Source of the DNA: Nemertoderma westbladi
Lineage: Eukaryota; Animalia; Xenacoelomorpha
DNA: 64,000 nucleotides
NCBI GenBank assembly: GCA_032718475.1
Contig: JAUCBJ010003349.1
Span: forward strand, 19,666 to 83,665
Reading direction: 5' to 3'
Positions 61,001 to 64,000 of the stretch are shown piece after piece. A program made the position numbers and the translations under genes. The notes under the pieces were generated by a model, which searched no databases, was not told the origin of the DNA, and saw nothing but the letters and a program-made list of their open reading frames with translations. Every line of letters begins with the position of its first letter. Positions within the stretch are counted from its first letter, which is position 1.

Positions 61001-62288
61001 ATCTGTGTAACTGTCTTACAGTTATAATAAATTAATCTACCCAAAAATTATTAGGCTTGGCATCAGCTGGTTGCTAGGAGACTACAGGATTACAGTACGG
61101 TACCGGTACTGTTAACTGTTACAGTGGTACAGAGTTACCGGTACCGTCTTCAGGTCGTTGGTCGTTGGCAAGGCCATCTAAACAACTTCTTCATCTAAAC
61201 AGCTTCCGACAGTCCGATGTATCTGGACCCGAGCAGCCGAGTGGCATCAAGATGCGATTAACTGAGGAATAAATACTACGGAATTGCTTGCTTGTCAGTA
61301 AGATTCTATTTACTACACTGGGAATACGGCGGTCGGTCGGATCGTAATGCGGGCCACTGCCAAGTTCCTCATGCCTCACTCAGGCCACCCACCTTGGAGT
61401 GCGGTGGGAAGAGTCCGACTTACGTCGACGACTGGACGAATCGACGAGGATTGCGATTTGGGTTTAGCGGCGGCCCGGACAGCCGGATCCTGGGATCGCC
61501 TGGGGGAAATTGTTGAAAGTCGGGCAGATGTGTATCGCACCGGATTACGTTCTCTGCCACGCGAAAGTGTGAGGCGAATTCGTTGTCGAATTGGGTCGGA
61601 AGCTGCGGGAATTCTACTGTTCTACGGGAATAAACCGCAGCTGTCCGGTGACTACGGACGGATACTGGGATGAGCAGGTATTTCGATCGAGTTTCTCGTA
61701 TTCTCGATTTTCTCGAATTCTCGATATTTCCTATAAACCACATGGCTTCGCATATTGAACGTGTGATTGGAAATAAGTTTATGCTACCCTTCCGCCCCTT
61801 GGGTGGTAGATGTCGCGGTTATGTATTGGTTGGTAGGAAGGGGGGGGGGGGGGGGGGGTGCAGATTAAAAGGGCTGAACACGTACTGTCCCCCTTTCTTT
61901 GATTGATTGTCGGTATGGTTAAATTTCTCAAATACTGATTTTGTGATACAGTCGCTCAATTTTAATTTGTATCTCATAACTGGGCCTCGTCCTGCGCGAA
62001 GGCCCCACGAACGTGTTAGGTATAGACAGAGTGAAATATATTAATATAACATGTGAATATTATTTTTCAAGATAAGAACATTTTTAAGTCCTTTGACAAT
62101 AATTTCATTAATTGTTATTCTGAAACTAAACGAAAACCAATCAATATACAAATAATAAATTATTAAGCAATCAGTCTTTAGTTGTAGACTCAGTCACACC
62201 AGTAATTGTTGCACCAAACAGTGTTGAGTTATTGGTAAAAGTTAACATAAATTAGAATAACTGAGACACACTGTAAAAACCAAACTAA

Positions 62289-62438
62289 ATTACAAATCAT
62301 CTAAAATCCACTACATTACAAATCTTCTAAAATCCACTACATTACAAATCTTCTAAAATCCACTAAATTACAAATCATCTAAAATCCACTACATTACAAA
62401 TCTTCTAAAATCCACTAAATTACAAATCATCTAAAATC
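62289..62438. repeat. 26-bp tandem repeat, about 6 copies, downstream of ETHE1
   Basis: attacaaatc(a/t)tctaaaatccacta(c/a). Confidence 0.9.
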
Positions 62439-62749
62439 GATCTATATAATCTAATCTATCTAAACTCTATATATTTACAACCCAATCTACACGGAATATT
62501 TCGTCGAATATGTTGTACCGATAATATTATACAACAGACTGACAATTTTTAGATACGAAGAATAATAAAGGAACAGGTTGACGAACGCATTGGCATTGCT
62601 GTGGATCTTCATTAATGTTAATTACTTACAAAATAATTTATTCTAATTAATCTAAGTAAGTAGGGATAAAAAATAAACACAAATAACTATATCATAGGTT
62701 AAAGCACAATATATAAGCTAAGTAATAATTAATATAATAGCTAATTAAT

Positions 62750-63604
62750 TTAAAGTTGGAATCCACATACGAGATTGGCGGGGAGAGCGGTGTCTATCTG
62801 TTTGGGGTAAGGGAGGTTGAGATTGTTCATTATCGTAATAAAGTCCTCCAACGGTTTAGTAAGCCTCGCGTTATAAGCCTTTTCCTCTCCCACAGTGGTC
62901 ACCGTCTGTCCCGTGTAATCGTGAGCGGGATACAGACGGTAATCCTTGGGCAGCGAGAAGATCTTTGAATGAACAGAATTATATAATCTCTCTGGATCAC
63001 CTTCCTGGAAGTCAGTGCGTCCACAACCCCGTATAAGTAAGGCATCCCCAGTGAAGGCCCTTCTACTAGCGTGGTGCACCAACGTCATACACCCGCTGGT
63101 GTGTCCCGGTGTCTCTCGAACTTCCAACTCCTCCCTCCCGAAAACAATCTTCTCTCCTTCCGATACGTAGACATCCGCTTCCGCCCCGCTCTCCTCGGAT
63201 ATTACTGATTTACAGGAGTCGATATGGGCTTTAATCGATCCCGTCCCCGTTATGTGGTCGGCGTGAACATGCGTGTTGATCCCGTAAATAAGTTTCATTT
63301 TGAGCTCGTTCACGATCCGTAGATCTCGTTCTACTAACTCTATGACCGGGTCTATGATCACAGCTTCACGCGTCGACGGGTCTCCCAGGATGTAGGTTAG
63401 AGTGTAGGTGGAATGGTCGAACAGTTGACGGAATACGATGCCTGATTTACTGCCACTGCTAGACATAGTTCGATTTATGATTGACAGTCCTCTGCAATAT
63501 AAGTTGATGGGAATTTGTTTATATCTAATAGCAGCGGTACGGGTAGGAACGCATTGCGTTGTAATGGACCGGTAGATACTACCTAACTGAATGCCTGAAA
63601 ACAT
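62750..63604 (-). CDS. ETHE1: Mitochondrial persulfide dioxygenase, 284 aa, single exon
   Basis: FRQLFD..TYTLTYIL, INTHVHADHITG, TPGHT.GC, FTGDALLIRGCGRTDFQ, YPAHDY, ANLVCG; Arg/Ser-rich N-terminal presequence; GCCATG context. Confidence 0.95.
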   Translation of the reverse strand: MFSGIQLGSIYRSITTQCVPTRTAAIRYKQIPINLYCRGLSIINRTMSSSGSKSGIVFRQLFDHSTYTLTYILGDPSTREAVIIDPVIELVERDLRIVNELKMKLIYGINTHVHADHITGTGSIKAHIDSCKSVISEESGAEADVYVSEGEKIVFGREELEVRETPGHTSGCMTLVHHASRRAFTGDALLIRGCGRTDFQEGDPERLYNSVHSKIFSLPKDYRLYPAHDYTGQTVTTVGEEKAYNARLTKPLEDFITIMNNLNLPYPKQIDTALPANLVCGFQL

Positions 63605-64000
63605 GGCGACGATAAATTGGAAGGCGAGTGCCTTAGTGCTTGGTGTATGGTACTGGTAAACTGCTCCTGCATGTGTAGGCTTACAAAAAACTGCGGTACT
63701 GTTAGTGGGTGTAGAGTGTAAACACCTTCAAAAAAACGGTTGCACATTTTGTTCTCCAGTTAGCGAACAAAAAGTAAAAGCTGGCTTAGGCTACATATGA
63801 GAGTGAGAGTATAATTATAATTATAATAATCAACTAATCAAATAATTATCATTATAATAATAATATTTCGAATTATCTCTTGAAATAAAAATAGACTCAT
63901 TCGAACCTCATTCATCTTCTTAGTTGTTTAGCCTCCTACTGTACTATTGGTTCCGAAAATTAATTTGAAATATTATTTTTAGTGAACCTCTAATCCTAAA

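Noticed and set aside
62269-62280. CACTGTAAAAA as a CACTA left end
   Set aside because: No partner TIR or subterminal repeats; lies just downstream of ETHE1

Overview
AT-rich invertebrate-animal genomic DNA dominated by nested mobile elements. Three host genes are visible: a divergent PIAS-type SP-RING SUMO E3 ligase (+, at least 2 exons), an intronless kinesin-12 KIF15 (-) and an intronless persulfide dioxygenase ETHE1 (-). From left to right, the mobile DNA comprises the right part of a probable CACTA/EnSpm element containing an intact GC-rich Ty3/Gypsy LTR retrotransposon (TAAGG TSD) and a cluster of TIR MITEs (Kolobok-like, piggyBac-like, TA-flanked). Next is a decayed Polinton/Maverick-like module (21-bp array, Ulp1-type protease, PC4-like ORF, protein-primed PolB with an EndoVII-like insert), split by an RTE LINE with a ~240-bp target-site duplication. 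Further right are a CR1-type LINE, a 74-copy 56-bp array inside a TA-flanked TIR element, a 58-bp array amplified from a Helentron-like (HINE) end, and a 4.6-kb TIR element holding a THAP foldback. The most unusual signals are the Polinton-like module, the structured 56-bp array, a 2-kb minus-strand stretch almost devoid of ATG, and a Gly/His/Asn-rich frame crossing two TGA codons. All calls come from reading motifs by eye; no database search or folding program was run, and all counts are manual.
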